From the human T2T-CHM13v2.0 reference genome, Homo sapiens: a stretch of DNA of 64,000 nt. Position 1 is the stretch's first letter; each line of letters begins with the position of its first letter. Location: assembly GCF_009914755.1 (NCBI RefSeq), contig NC_060934.1; one strand, 5' to 3'. The notes under the pieces are model-generated. The model made no database searches. It was not told where the DNA came from and saw only the letters and a program-made list of their open reading frames with translations. Positions 28,301 through 43,198 of the stretch are shown here, piece after piece. The translations under genes and the position numbers were made by a program.

Positions 28301-31300
28301 AGTGGAATGGAATGGAATGGAATGGAATGAAATGGAATGGAATGGAATGCAATGGAATGGAGTGCAATGGAATAAACACCAGTGGACTGGAATGGAACGG
28401 AATGGAATGGACAGGAATGGAATGGAATGGAAAGGACTAGAATGGCATGGAATGGAATGAAATCAACCCGATTGGAATGGAATGGAATGCAATGGAATGG
28501 AATGGAATAGAATCAACTCGAGTGGAAAGGAATGGAATGGAAAGGAATGGAATGGAAAGGAAAGGAATGGAATGCAATGGAATGCAATGGTATGGAATGG
28601 AGTCAACCCGAGTGGAATGGAATGGAATGTAATGGAATGTAATGGAATGAAATGGAATGGAATGGAATGCAATGGAATGGAGAGGAATGGAATAAACACC
28701 AGTGGAATGGAATGCAATGGAATGGAGTGGAATGGAAAGAAATGGAATGGAATGGAATGGAATGGAATGGAATGGAATGGAATGGACAGGAAAGGAAAGG
28801 AATGGAATGGAATGGAATGGAATGGACTAGAATGGAATGGAATGGAATTAAATCAACCCTATTAGAATGGAATGGAATGCAATGGAATGGAATGGAATCA
28901 ACTGGAAAGGAACAAAATGGAATGGAATGGAATGGAATGGAATGGAATGGAATGGAATGGAATGGAATCCACCCGAGTCGAATGCAATGGAATGGAATGG
29001 AATAAACCGGGGTGGAATGGATTGGATTGGAGTAGAACGGAATGGAACGGCATGTAGTGCAATGGAATCAACTATAATGGAATGGAATGGAATCGAACGG
29101 AATCAACCTGAGTGGAATGGAATGGAATGGAATGGAATGAATGGAATGGAATGGAACGGATACTAATGGAATGGAATGGAAAGGAAACAACCCGAGTGGA
29201 ATGGAATGCAATGGAATGCAATGGAATGGAATAGAATGGAATGGAATGGAATGGAATGGAATGGAATGGAATGGAATGGAATGGAATTCAATGTAATGGA
29301 AACAAACCGAGTGGAATGTAATGGAATGGAAAGGAATGGAATGTAATGGAATGGATTGGAATCAACCCGATTCAAATGCAATGCAATGGAATGGAATGGA
29401 ATGGATTTTCATGGAATGGAATGGAATGGAATGGAATGGAATGGAATGGAATGGAATGGAATGGAATAAACCCGAGTGGAGTGGAATGGAATGGAATGGA
29501 AATGAATGGAATGGAATGGAATGGAATGGAATGTAATGGCATGGAATGGAACGGAACGGAACGGAAAGAACCCGAGTGGAATGGAATGGAATGGAATGGA
29601 ATGGAATGGAACGGAATGGAATGTACCCAATTGGAATGGAATGGAATGGAATGGAATGGAATGGAATGGAATGGCATGTAATAAACACGATTGGAATGGA
29701 ATGGAATGGAATGGAATGGAATGGAAAGGAATGGAATAGAATGTAATGGAATCAACTCGAGTGGAAAGGAATGGAATGGAAAGGAATGAAATGGAAAGGA
29801 AAGAATGGAATGCAATAGAATGCAATAGTATGGAATGGAGTCAACCCGAGTGGAATGGAATGGAATGGAATGGAATGGAATGAAATGGAATGGCATGGAA
29901 TGCAATGGAATGGAGTGGAATGGAATAAACAGCAGTGGAATAGAATGGAATGGAAGGGAATGGAATGGACAGGAATGGAATGGAATGGAATGGAATGGAA
30001 TGGAATGGACTAGAATGGAACGGAATGGGATGAAATCAACCAGATTGGAATGGAATGGAATACAATAGAATGGAATGGAATCAATTGGAAAGGAATGAAA
30101 TGAATGGAATGGAATGGAATGGAATGGAATGGATTGGAATGGAATAGAATGGAATGGAATCAACCTGAGTAGAATGCAATGGAATGCAAAGGAATGGAAT
30201 CAACCAGAGTGGAATGGAATGGAATGGAATGGAAAGCAATGGAATGGAATGGAATGGAATGGAATTAACCTGAGTAGAATGCAATGGAATGGAATGAAAT
30301 GGAATGGAATGAAATCAACCCTAATGGAATGGATTGGAATAGAATGGAATGGAATGGAATGTCATGGAATGCAATGGAATCAACAAGAATGGAATGGAAT
30401 GGAATGAAATGGACAGGAATGGAATGGAATGGTATGGACTGGAATGGACTAGAATGGATTGGAATGGAATGAAATCAACCCGATTGGAATGGAATGGAAT
30501 CCAATGGAATAGAATGGAATCAACCCGAGAGCAATGCAATCGAATGGAATGGAATGGAATGGAATCACCCCGAGTGGAATGGATTGGAATGCAGTGAAAT
30601 GGAATGGAGCGGCCTGGAATTCAATGGAATCAACTAGAATGGAATGGAATGGAATGGATTGGAATAAATGGAATGGAATGGAATGGAAACTAATGGAATG
30701 TAATTGAAAGGAAACAACACGAGTGGAATGGAATGCAATGGAATGCAATGGAATGGAATGGAATGGAATGGAAAGGAATGGAATGGAACGGAATGGAATT
30801 CAATGTAATGGAAAAAAAGCGAGGGAATGGAATGGAATGGAAAGGACTGGAATGTAATGGAATGGATTGGAGACAACCCGATTCCAACGCAATGGAATGG
30901 AATGGAATGGAAAGGAATGGAATGAACTGGAATGGAATTGAAAGGAATGGAATGAACTGGAATGGAATGGAATGGAATGGAATTTAATGGAATGGAATGG
31001 AATGGATTCAACCTGAGTAGAGTGGAATGAAATGGAATGGAAATGAATGCAATGGAATGGAATGGAATGGAATGGAACGGAATGGAATGGAATGAACCCG
31101 AGTGGAATGGAATGGAATGGAATGGAATGGAATGGAATGGGATCTACCCGAGTAGAACGGAATGGAATGGAATGGAATGGAATGGAATGGAATGGAATGG
31201 AATAAACACGAGTGGAATGGAATGGAATGGAATGGAATGCAATGGAATGGAATAGAATGTAATGGAATGAACTCGAGTGGAAAGGAATGGAATGGAAAGG

Positions 31301-34300
31301 AATGGAATGGAAAGGAAAGGAATGGAATGCAATAGAATGCCATGGTATGGAATGGAGTCAACCCGAGTGGATTGGAATAGAACGGAATGGAATGGAATGA
31401 AATGGAATGGAATGGAATGCAACGGAATGGAGTGGAATGGAATAAACACCAATGGAATGGAATGGAATGGGATGGACAGGAATGGAATGGAATGGAATGG
31501 AATGGAATGGAATGGAATGGACTAGAATGGAACGGAATGGAATGAAATCAACCTGATTGGAATGGCATGCAATGCAATGGAATGGAATGGAATCAATTGG
31601 AAAGGAATGAAATGAATGGAATGGAATGGAATGGAATGGAAAGGAATCAACCCGGGTAGAATGCAATTAAATGAAATGGAATGGAATGGAATGGAATCAA
31701 CCCGAGTGGAATGGAATGGAATGGAATGGAATGGAATGGAATGGAATGGAATAAACACGAGTGGAATGGAATGGAATGGAATGGAATGGAATGGAATGGA
31801 ATGGAGTAGAATGGAATGGAATCAACTCGAGTGGAAAAGAATGGATTGGAAAGGAATGGAAAGGAAAGGAAAGGAATGGAATGCAATGGAATGCAATGGT
31901 ATGGAATGGATTAAACCCGAGTGCAATGGAATGCAATGGAATGGAATGTAATGGAATGGAATGGAATGCAATGGCATTGAGTGGAATGGAATAAACACCA
32001 GTGGAAAGGAATGGAATGCAACGGAATGTAATGGAATGGATTGGAATGGAATGGAATGGAATGGATTGGAGTGCAATGAAATCAACCCGATTGGAATGGA
32101 ATGGAATGCAATGGAATGGAATGGAATCAACTGGAAAGGAATCAAAAGGAACGGAATTGAATGGAATGGAATGGAATGGGATGGAATTACCTCGAGTGGA
32201 ATGCAGTGGAATGGAATGGAATGGAATGGAATGGAATGGATTGGAATGGAATGAAATCAACCCGAATGGAATGGATTGGAATAGAGTGGAATGGAATGGA
32301 ACGGCATGGAATGCAATGGAATCAACTAGAATAGAATGGGATGGAATGGAAAGGATTGGAATGAACTGGAATGGAATGGAATGGAATGAAATTTAATGCA
32401 ATGGAATGGAATGGAATGGAGTCAACCCGAGTGGAGTGGAATAGAATGGAATGGAAATGAATGGAATGGAATGGAATGGAATGGAACAGAACTGAATGAA
32501 ATGAACCCGAGTGGAATAGAATGGAATGGAGTGGAATAAACACGAATGGAATGGAATGGAATGGAATGGAATGGAATGGAATGGAATCAACTCGAGTGGA
32601 ATGAAATGTAACGTCATGGAATGGAATGGAATGGAATGGAATGGAATCAACCCGACTGGAATGGAATGGAATGCAATCATCCCTAATGGAATGGAATGGA
32701 ATGGAATGGAATACAATGGAATGGAATGGAATGGAAGGCATTGGAATCAACTGCAATGGAATGGAAATAATGAAATGAAATGGAATGGAATGGAATGGAA
32801 TGGAATGGAATGGAATGGAATGGAATCAACTCCAGTGGAATGGAGTGGAATGGAATGGATTATAATGGAATGGAAAGGAATCAATCTGGGTGGAATGGTA
32901 TGGAATGGAATGGAGTGGAATGGAATGGAATGGAATGGAACGGAATGGAATGGAATCAACCCAAATGGAATGAAATGGAAAGGAATGGAAAGGAATGGAA
33001 TGGAATGGAATCAACCCGAATGGACTGGAATGGAATGGAATGGAATGGAATCAACTCAACTCGAATGGAAAAGAATGGAATGGAACGGAAAGGAATGTAA
33101 TGGAATGGAATGAAATCAACCCACGTGGAATGGAATGGAATGGAATGCAATGGAATCAACCCAAGTGAATGGAATGGAAATGAATGGAATGGAATGGAAA
33201 GGAATGGAATGGAATCAACCCGAGTGGAATGGAATGGAATGAAATGGAGTGGAATGGAAAGGAATTGAGTGGAATGGAATGTAATGGAATCAACCCGAGT
33301 GGAATGGAATGGAATGGAATGGAAAGGAATGGAATAAATACGAGTGGAATGGAATGGAATGGAATGGAATGGAATAGAATGGAATGGAATCAACCCGAGT
33401 GGAAAGGAATGGAATGGAAAGGAATGGAATGGAATGGAAAGGAATGGAATGCAATGGAATGCACGGGTATGGAATGGAGTCAATCCGAGTGGAATGGAAT
33501 GGAATGGAATTGAATGCAATGGAATGGAATGGAATGCAATGGAATGGAGTGGAATGGAATAAACACCAGTGGAATGGAATGGAAAGGAATGGAATGGAAA
33601 GGACAGGAATGGAATGGAAAGGAATGGAATGGAATGGAATGGAATGGAATGGAATGGAATGGAATGGACTAGAGTGGAATGGAATTAAATGAAATCAACC
33701 CGATTGGAATGGAAAGGAATGGAATCAACTGGAAAAGAATCAAATGGAATGGAATGGAATGGAAGGGAATGGAACGGAATCAACACGACTGGAATGCAAT
33801 GGAATGGAATGCAATGGAATGGAATGGAATGGAATGGAAGGGAATAGAATGCAATGGAAAGTAATGGAATGAACTGGAATGGAATGGAATGGAATGGAAT
33901 TTAATGGAATGGAATGGAATCGAATCAACGCGAGTGGAGTCGAATGGAATTGAAAGAAAATTAATAGAATGGAATGGAATGGAATGGAATGCAATGCAAT
34001 GGAATGGAATAGAATGAACCCGAGTGGAATGGAATGGAATGGAAAGGCACGGAATGGAATGGAACGGAATGCAATGGAATCAACCTGAGTGGAATGGAAT
34101 GGAATGGAATCATCCCGAGTGGAATGGAATGGAATGAAATGGAGTGGAATGGAAAGGAATTGAGTGGAATGGAATGTAATGTAATCAACACGAGTGGAAT
34201 GGAATGGAATGGAATGGAAAGGAATGGAATAAATACGAGTGGAATGGAATGGAATGGAATAGAATGGAATGGAATCAACCCGAGTGGAAAGGAATGGAAT

Positions 34301-37300
34301 GGAAAGGAATGGAATGGAATGGAAAGGAATGGAATGGAATGGAATGCACGGGTATGGAATGGAGTCAATCCGAGTGGAATGGAATGGAATGGAATTGAAT
34401 GCAATGGAATGGAATGGAATGCAATGGAATGGAGTGGAATGGAATAAACACCAGTGGAATGGAATGGAATGGAATGGAACGCAATGGAATGGAATGGAAT
34501 GGAAAGGACAGGAATGGAATGGAAAGGAATGGAATGGAATGGAATGGAATTGAATGCAATGGAATGGAATGGAATGCAATGGAATGGAGTGGAATGGAAT
34601 AAACACCAGTGGAATGGAATGGAATGGAATGGAATGGAATGGAATGGAAAGGACAGGAATGGAAAGGAAAGGAATGGAATGGAATGGAATGGAATTGAAT
34701 GGAATTTAATGGAATGGAATGGAATGGAATCAACGCGAGTGGAGTCGAATGGAATTGAAAGAAAATTAATAGAATGGAATGGAATGGAATGGAATGGAAT
34801 GCAATGGAATGGAATAGAATGAACCCGAGTGGAATGGAATGGAATGGAAAGGCACGGAATGGAATGGAAGAGAATGCAATGGAATCAACCTGAGTGGAAT
34901 GGAATGGAATGGAATCAACCCGAGTGTAATTGAATGGAGTGGAATGCAATGGAATGGAATGGAGTGGAAGGCATTAGAATCAACTGCAATGGAATGGAAT
35001 GTAATGGAATGGAATGGAATGGAATGGAATGGCATGGAATGCAATCAACCCCAGTGGAATGGAATGCATTACAATGGAATGGAAAGGAAACAATCCGGGT
35101 GGAATGGAATGGATTATAATGGAATGGAATGGAATCAATCCCGGTGGAATGGAATAGAATGGAATGGAATGGAATGGAATGGAATGGAATGGAATGGAAT
35201 TATCCCGAATGGAACGGAAGGGAATGGAGTGGAAAAGAATCGAAAAGAATGGAATGCAAAGGAATCAACACGAATGGACAGGAATGGAAAGTCATGGAAT
35301 GGAATGGAATGGAATGGAATGGAATGGAATGGAATGGAATGGAATGGCATGGAAAGGAATGGAATGGAATGGAATGGAATGCTATGGAATCAACCTGAGT
35401 GGAATGGAAATAAATGGACTGGAACGGTATGGAATGGAATGCATTAGAATGGAATCAACCACAGTGGAATGGAATGGAATGGAATGGAATCAACCTGAGT
35501 GGAATGTAAATAAATGGACTGGAACGGTATGGAATGGAATGGAATAGAATGGAATCAACCACAGTGGAATGGAATGGAATGGAATGGAATCAACCAAAGT
35601 GGAATGGAATTGAACGGAATGCAAAGGAATCAAACCGAGTGGAATGGAATGGAATCAACCAAAGTGTAATGGAATAGAATGGATGCAACGGAATCAAACC
35701 AGTGGAATGGAATGGAAAGGAATGGAATGGAATGGCATGGAATGGAAAGGAATGGAATGGAATCAACATGACTGGCATGGAATGGAATGGAAAGGAACGG
35801 AATGGAATGGAATGGAATGGTATGGAATTAGCCCGAGTGGAAAGGAATGGAATGGAATGGAATGGAATGAAATGGAATGGAATGGAATGGAATGAAATGG
35901 AATGGAATGGAATGGAACGGAATCAGCCCGAGAGGAATGGAATGGAATGGAATCAACGAGAGTGGAACGGAATAGAATGGAATGGATTGGAATGGAATGG
36001 AAGGCAGTGGAAACAGCAGGAACGGAATTTAATGAAATGGAATGGAATGGAATGGAACGGAATCAACCTGAGTGGAATGGAACGGAATGGAATGCAATGG
36101 AATGGAATGGAATGGAATCAACCCCAGTGGAATGGAATGGAATGGAATGGAATGCAATGGAATGGAATGGAATGGAACGGAATGAAATGCAATGGAAGCA
36201 ACTGGAATGGAATGGAATGGAATGGAATGGAATCAACGAGAGTGGAACGGAATGGAATGGAATGGATTGGAATGGAATGGAAGGCAGTGGAAACAGCAGG
36301 AACGGAATTTAATGAAATGGAATGGAATGGAATGGAACGGAATCAACCTGAGTGGAATGGAATGGAATGGAATGCAATGGAATGGAATGGAATGGAATCA
36401 ACCCTAGTGGAATGGAATGGAATGGAATGGAATGGAATGGAATGGAACGGAATGGAATGCAATGGAATCAACTGGAATGGAATGGAATGGAATGGAATGG
36501 AATGGAACGGAATGGAATCAACCTGAGTGGAATGGAATGGAATGGAATGGAATGGAATGGAATGGAATGGAACGGAGTGGAATTCAATGGAATGGAAACA
36601 ACCCGAGTGAAATGGCATGGAATGGATCGGACTTGAATGTAATGGAAAGGAGTGGAATCAACCTGATTAGAAAGCAATGGAACGGAATGGAATGGAATGG
36701 AATGGAATGGAATGGAATGGAATGGAATGGAAGGGAATGGAATGCAATGGAATGGAAAGGAATGGAATGGAATGGAATCAACTGGAATGGAATGGAATGG
36801 AATGGAAGCAACAAGAAGTGGCATGGAATGGAATGGATTGGAATGGAATCGAATCAACTGGAATGCTATGGAATGAAATCAAGCCGAGTGGAATGGAATG
36901 GAATGGAATGGAATGGAATGGAATGGAACCAACTGGAATGGAATGAAATGGAATGGAATGGAGTGGAATGGAATGGAATGGAATGGAATGGAATCAACCC
37001 GAGTGGAATGGAATGGAATGGAATGGAATGGAAGGGAATGGAATCAACCCGAGTGGAGTGGAATAAAATGGAATGGAATGGAATGGACTCAACCCGAGTG
37101 GAACGGAATGTAATGGGATGGAATGGAATTGAATGGAATGTAATGGAATGGAATTAACCCAAGTGGAATGAATGGAAAGGAATGGAATGGAATGGAATGG
37201 AATGGAATGGAATGGAATGGAGCGAAATGGAATTGAATGGAATCAACAAGATTGGAATGGAATGAATGGAATGGAACGGAATAGAAAGTAATGGAACGGA

Positions 37301-38945
37301 ATGGAATGGAATCAACCCGAATGGAAGGGAATGGAATTGAATGGAATGGAATGGATTGGAATCCACCCATGTTAAATGGAATGGAATGGAATGGAATGGA
37401 ATGGAATGGAATGGAATGGAGTAGAATGTAAAGGAATGGAATGGAAAGGAATGGAATGGAATGGAATGGAATGGAATGCAATTTAATAAAATGGAATGGA
37501 ATCAACCAGAGTGGAATGGACTGGAATGTATTGGAATGGAAAGGAATGGAGTGGAATCAACCCGAGTGAAATGGAATGGAATGGGATGGAATGGAATGGA
37601 ATGGAAAGGACGGGAATCAACCCGAGTGGAATGGAATGGAATGGAATGGATTCAACACGAGTGGAATGGAATGGAATGGAATGCAATGGAATGGAATGGA
37701 ATGCAATGGAATGGAATGGAATGGAATCAACCCAAGCGGAATGGACTGGAATGGAATGGAATGCAATGGAATGGAATGGAATGGAATGGAATCAGCTGCA
37801 GTGGAATGGAATGGAATGGGATGGAATGGAATGGACAGGAATAGAATGGAATGGAATATAACGGAGTGGAATCAACACGAGTGGAATGGAATGGAATCAA
37901 ATTGAATGGATTGGAAGGAAAGGAATGCAATGGAATGGAATCAACCTCAGTGGAACAGAAAGGAATGTAATGAAATGGAATGGAATAGAATGGAATGGAA
38001 TGCAATGGAATGGAATGGAATGGAGTGGAATGGAATGGAACTGCATGGAATGATATGGAATCAAATAGAATGGAATGGAATGGGATGGATTGGAATGGAA
38101 TCGAACGGAATAAACCTGAGTGGAATGGAATGGAATGGAATGGAATGGAATGAATGGAAAGCAATGGAATGGAAACAAATGGAATGGAATGGAAAGGAAA
38201 CAACCCGAGTGGAACGGAATGTAATGGAATGCAATGGAATGGAATTGAATTCAATGTAATGGAAACAAACCGAGTTGAATGTAATGTAATGGAAAGTACT
38301 GGAATGGAATGGAATGGATTGGAATCAACCCGATTGCAATGCAATGGAATGGAATGGAATGGAATGGAAAGGAAGAGAATGGAATCAATTCGAGTGCAAT
38401 GTAATGGTATAGAATGAAATGGAATGGAATGGAATGGAATCAACCAGAGTGCAATGGAATGGAAAGAAATTGAAATGAATGGAATGCAATGGAATGGAAT
38501 GGAATGGAGTGGAATGGAATGGAACTGCATGGAATGATATGGAATCAAATAGAATGGAATGGAATGGGATGGATTGGAATGGAATCGAACGGAATCAACC
38601 TGAGTGGAATGGAATGGAATGGAATGGAATGGAATGAATGGAAAGGAATGGAATGGAAACTAATGGAATGGAATGGAAAGGAAACAACCCGAGTGGAACG
38701 GAATGTAATGGAATGCAATGGAATGGAATTGAATTCAATGTAGTGGAAACAAACCGAGTGGAATGTAATGTAATGGAAAGGACTGGAATGGAATGGAATG
38801 GATTGGAATCAACCCGATTGCAATGCAATGGAATGGAATGGAATGGATTGGAATGGAACGGAATGGAATGGAATGGAACGGATTGGAATGGAATGGAACG
38901 GAATGGAATGGAATGGAAGGGAATGGAATGGAATGGAAAGGAATG
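25317..38945 (+). repeat. Higher-order unit copy C (~13.6 kb; least rearranged, used as reference)
   Basis: Bounded by GAATGAACTGG...GCAATTTAATGG at 25317 and 38946. GCAAACAACCCGAG at 25456 and 39070 (13,614 bp apart). GATATAATGG at 26162 and 39775. Confidence 0.85.
37995..38850 (+). repeat. ~360-bp direct duplication (offset 484) enclosing a ~125-bp piece from elsewhere in the unit
   Basis: CTGCATGGAATGATATGG at 38041 and 38525. The intervening 38365-38485 matches 9075-9195 and 26915-27035. Confidence 0.8.
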
Positions 38946-41900
38946 GAATGAACTGGAATGGAATGGAATGCAATTTAATGGAATGGAATGGAATGGAATC
39001 AACCCGAGTGGAGTGGAATGGAATGGAACGGTAATGAATGGAATGGAATGGAAACTAATGGAATGGAATGCAAACAACCCGAGTGGAATGGAATGCAATG
39101 GAATGGAATGGAATGGAATGGAATGGAATGGAATGGAATGGAATTCAACAGAATGGAAACACCCCGAGTGAAATGGCATGGAATGGAAAGGACTTGAATG
39201 TAATGGAATGGATTGGAGTCAACCCGATTAGAAAGCAATGGAATGGAAAGGAATGGAATGGAATGGAAGGGAATGGAATGGAATGGAATGGAATGGAATG
39301 GAATGGAAAGGAATGGAATGGAATGGAAGGGATTGGAATGGAATGGAATGGATTAGAATGGAATGGAATGGAATGAAATCAACCCGATTGGAATGGAATG
39401 GAATGCAATGTAATGGAATGTAATCAACTGGAAAGGATTGAAATGGAATGGAATGGAATGGAACGGAATCAACCCGAGTGGAATGCAATGGAATGGAATG
39501 GAATGGAATGAAATGAAATCAACCCGGGTGGAATGGATTGGAATGGATTGGAATGGAATGGAATGGCATGGAATGCAATAGAATCAACTGGAATGGTATG
39601 GAATGGAATGGAATGGAATGGAATGGAATCAAACGGAATCAACCTGAGTGGAATGGAAAGGAATGGAATGGAATGAATGGAATGGAAACTAATGGAATGG
39701 AATGGAAAGGAACAACCCGAGTGGAATAGAAAGCAATGGAATGCAATGGAATGGAATGGAATGGAATGGGATTTGATATAATGGAAAAAAACCAACTGGA
39801 ATGCAATGGAATGGAATGGACTGCAATGTAATGGAATGGATTGGAATCAACCCGATTCCAATGCAACGGAATTGAATGGAATGGAAACGAATGGAAAGAA
39901 CTGGAATGGAGCGGAATGGAATGGAAATGAATGGAATGGAATGGAATGGAATGGAATGGAATGGAATGGAATGGAACGGAATGCAATGCAATGGAACAGA
40001 AAGGAATGAACCCGAGTGGAATGGAATGGAATGGAATAGAATGGAATGGAAAGGAACGGAACAGAATGGAATGGAATGGAATGGAATGAACACGAGTGGA
40101 ATGGAAAGGAATGGAATGGATTGGAATATAATGGAATGGAATCAACCCGAGTGGAATAGAATGGAATGGAATAGAATGGAATGGAATGGAATGGAATGGA
40201 ATGGAATGGAATGGGACGGAATGGAATGGAATGGCATGGAATAGAATGGAACGGAACGGAAAGGAATGGAATGGAATGGAATGGAATGGTATCAACCTGA
40301 ATGAAATGGAATGAAATGGAATGGAATCAACCAAAGTGGAATGCAACGGAATGGAATGGAATGGAATGGAATGGAATGGAATGGAGTGAAATCAACCCGA
40401 GTGGAATGTATAGGAATAGAGAGGAATTGAATGGAACGGCATGGAATGCAAGGGAATCAACTAGAATGGAATGTAATATAATGGAATGGAATGGAATGGA
40501 ATAGAATCAACCCGAGTGAAATGGAATGGAAGGGAATGGAATGGAAAGGAATGGAAAGCAATGGATTGGAATCAAACAAATGGAATGGAATGGAATGGAA
40601 TGGAATAGAATGGAATCAATTCGAGTGCAATGTAATGGTATAGAATGGAATGGAATGGAATGGAATGGAATCAACCAGAGTACAATGGAATGGAAAGAAA
40701 TTGAAATGAATCGAATGGAATGGAATGGAATGGAACGGCATGGAATGGAATGGAATGGAGTGGAATCAACCCGAGTGGAATGGAATGGAATGGAATCTAA
40801 CGGCATGGAATGGAATGGAATGGACTGAAATCAACCCGAGTGGAATGGAATGGAATGGAATGGACTGGAATGCAATGGAATGGAATGGAATCAACCCGAG
40901 TAGAATGAAATGGAATGGAATGGAGTGGAAAGGAATACAATGGAATGGAATAGAATGGAATGGAATGGAATGGAATGGAATGCAAAGGAATGGAATCAAC
41001 ATGAGTGGAATGGAATGGAATGGATTGGAATGGAATAAACACGAGTGGAATGGAATGGAATGGAATGGAATGGAATCGAGTGGAATGGAATCAACTCGAG
41101 TGGAAAAGAAAGGAATGGAAAGCAATGGAATGGAAAGGAAAGTAATGGAATGCACTGGAATGAAATGGTATGGAATTGAGTCAACCAGAGTGGAGTGGAA
41201 AAGAATGAAATGGAATGTAATGGAATGCAATGGAATGGAGTGGAATGGAATAAACACCAGTGGAATGGAATGGAATGGAATGGAATGGAATGGAATGGAA
41301 TGGAATGGAATGGCATGGAAAGGAATGGAATGGACAGGATTGGAATGGAATGGAATGGAATGGAATGCTATGGAATGGAATGGAATCAACTGGAAAGGAA
41401 TGAAGTGGAATGGAATGGAATGGAATGGAATGGAATTGAATGGAATGGAATGGAATCAACACGATTGGAATGCAATGCAATGGAATGGAATGGAATGTAA
41501 TAAAATCAACCCGAGTGGAATGCATAGGAATAGAGTGGAATGGAAAGGACAGGCATGGAATGCAATGGAATCAACTAGAATGGAATGGAATGGAATGGAG
41601 AGGAATGGAATGGAATGGAATGGAATGGAATGGAATGGAGTGGAATGGACTAGAATGGAATGGAATTGAATGAAATCAACCCGATTGGAATGGAATGGAA
41701 TGCAATGGAATGGAATGGAATCACCTGGAAAGGAATCAAATGGAATGGAATGGAATTGAATGGAATGGAATGGAATGGAATGGAATGGAATGGAATGGAA
41801 TGGAATGGAATCAACCCGAGTGGAATGCAGTGGAATGGAATTGAATGGAATGGAATGGAATCAACACGAGTGGAATGGATTGGAAGGGAGTGGAATGGAA

Positions 41901-43198
41901 TGGAACGGCATGGAATGCAATAGAATCAACTAAAATGGAATGGAATGGAATGGATTGGAATGGAATCGAATGGAATCATCCTGAGTGGAATGTAATGTAA
42001 TGGAATGGAATGGAATGGAATGGAATGCAATGCAATAGAATGGAATCAATTTGAGTGCAATGTAATGGTATAGAATGGAATGGAATGGAATCAACCAGAG
42101 TGGAATGGAATGGAAAGGAATGGAATGGAATGGAATGGAATGGAATGGAATGGAATGGAATGGAATGTAACGGCATGGAATGGAATGGAAGGGAGTGGAA
42201 TCAACTCGAGTGGAATGGAGTGGAATGGACTGTAACGGCATGCAATGGAATGGAATGGAATGGAATGGAATGGAATAAACCCGAGTGGAATGGAATGGAA
42301 TGCAATGGACTGGAATGGAAAGGAATGGAATCAACACAAATGGAATGCAATGGAATGGAATGGAATGGACTGGAATGGAAAGGAATGGAATCAACACGAA
42401 TGGAATGGAATGGAATGGAATGGAATGGAATGGAATGGAAAAGAATCAACACGAGTGCAATGGAATGGAATGGAATGGAATGGAATGGAATGGAATGGAA
42501 TAAAAACGAATGGAATGGAAGGGAATGGAATGCAATGGAAAGGAATGGAATGACCTGGAGTGGAATGGAATGGAATGGAATTTAATGGAATGGAATGGAA
42601 TGGAATCAACCTGAGTGGAGTGGAATGGAATGGAATGGAAATGCATGGAATGGAATCGAATGTAATGGAACGGAACGGAATGCAATGAACCCGAGTGAAA
42701 TGGAATGGAATGGAATGGTATGGAATCATCCCGAGTGGAATGGAATGGAATAGAATGGAATAAACACGAGTGGAATGGAATGGAATGGAATGGAAAGAAA
42801 TGGAATGGAAAGGAATGGACTAGAATGGAATGGAAATGAAAGGAATTTAATGCAATGGTATGGAATGGAGTCAACCCGAGTGGAATGGAATGGAATGGAA
42901 TGGAATGGAATGAAATGGAATGGAATGCAATGGAATGGAGTGGAATGGAATAAACACCAGTGGACTGGAACGGAACGGAATGGAATGGACAGGAATGGAA
43001 TGGAATGGAAAGGACTAGAATGGCATGGAATGGAATGAAATCAACCCGATTGGAATGGAATGGAATGCAATGGAATGGAATGGAATAGAATCAACTCGAG
43101 TGGAAAGGAATGGAATGGAAAGGAATGGAATGGAAAGGAAAGGAATGGAATGCAATGGAATGCAATGGTATGGAATGGAGTCAACCCGAGTGGAATGT

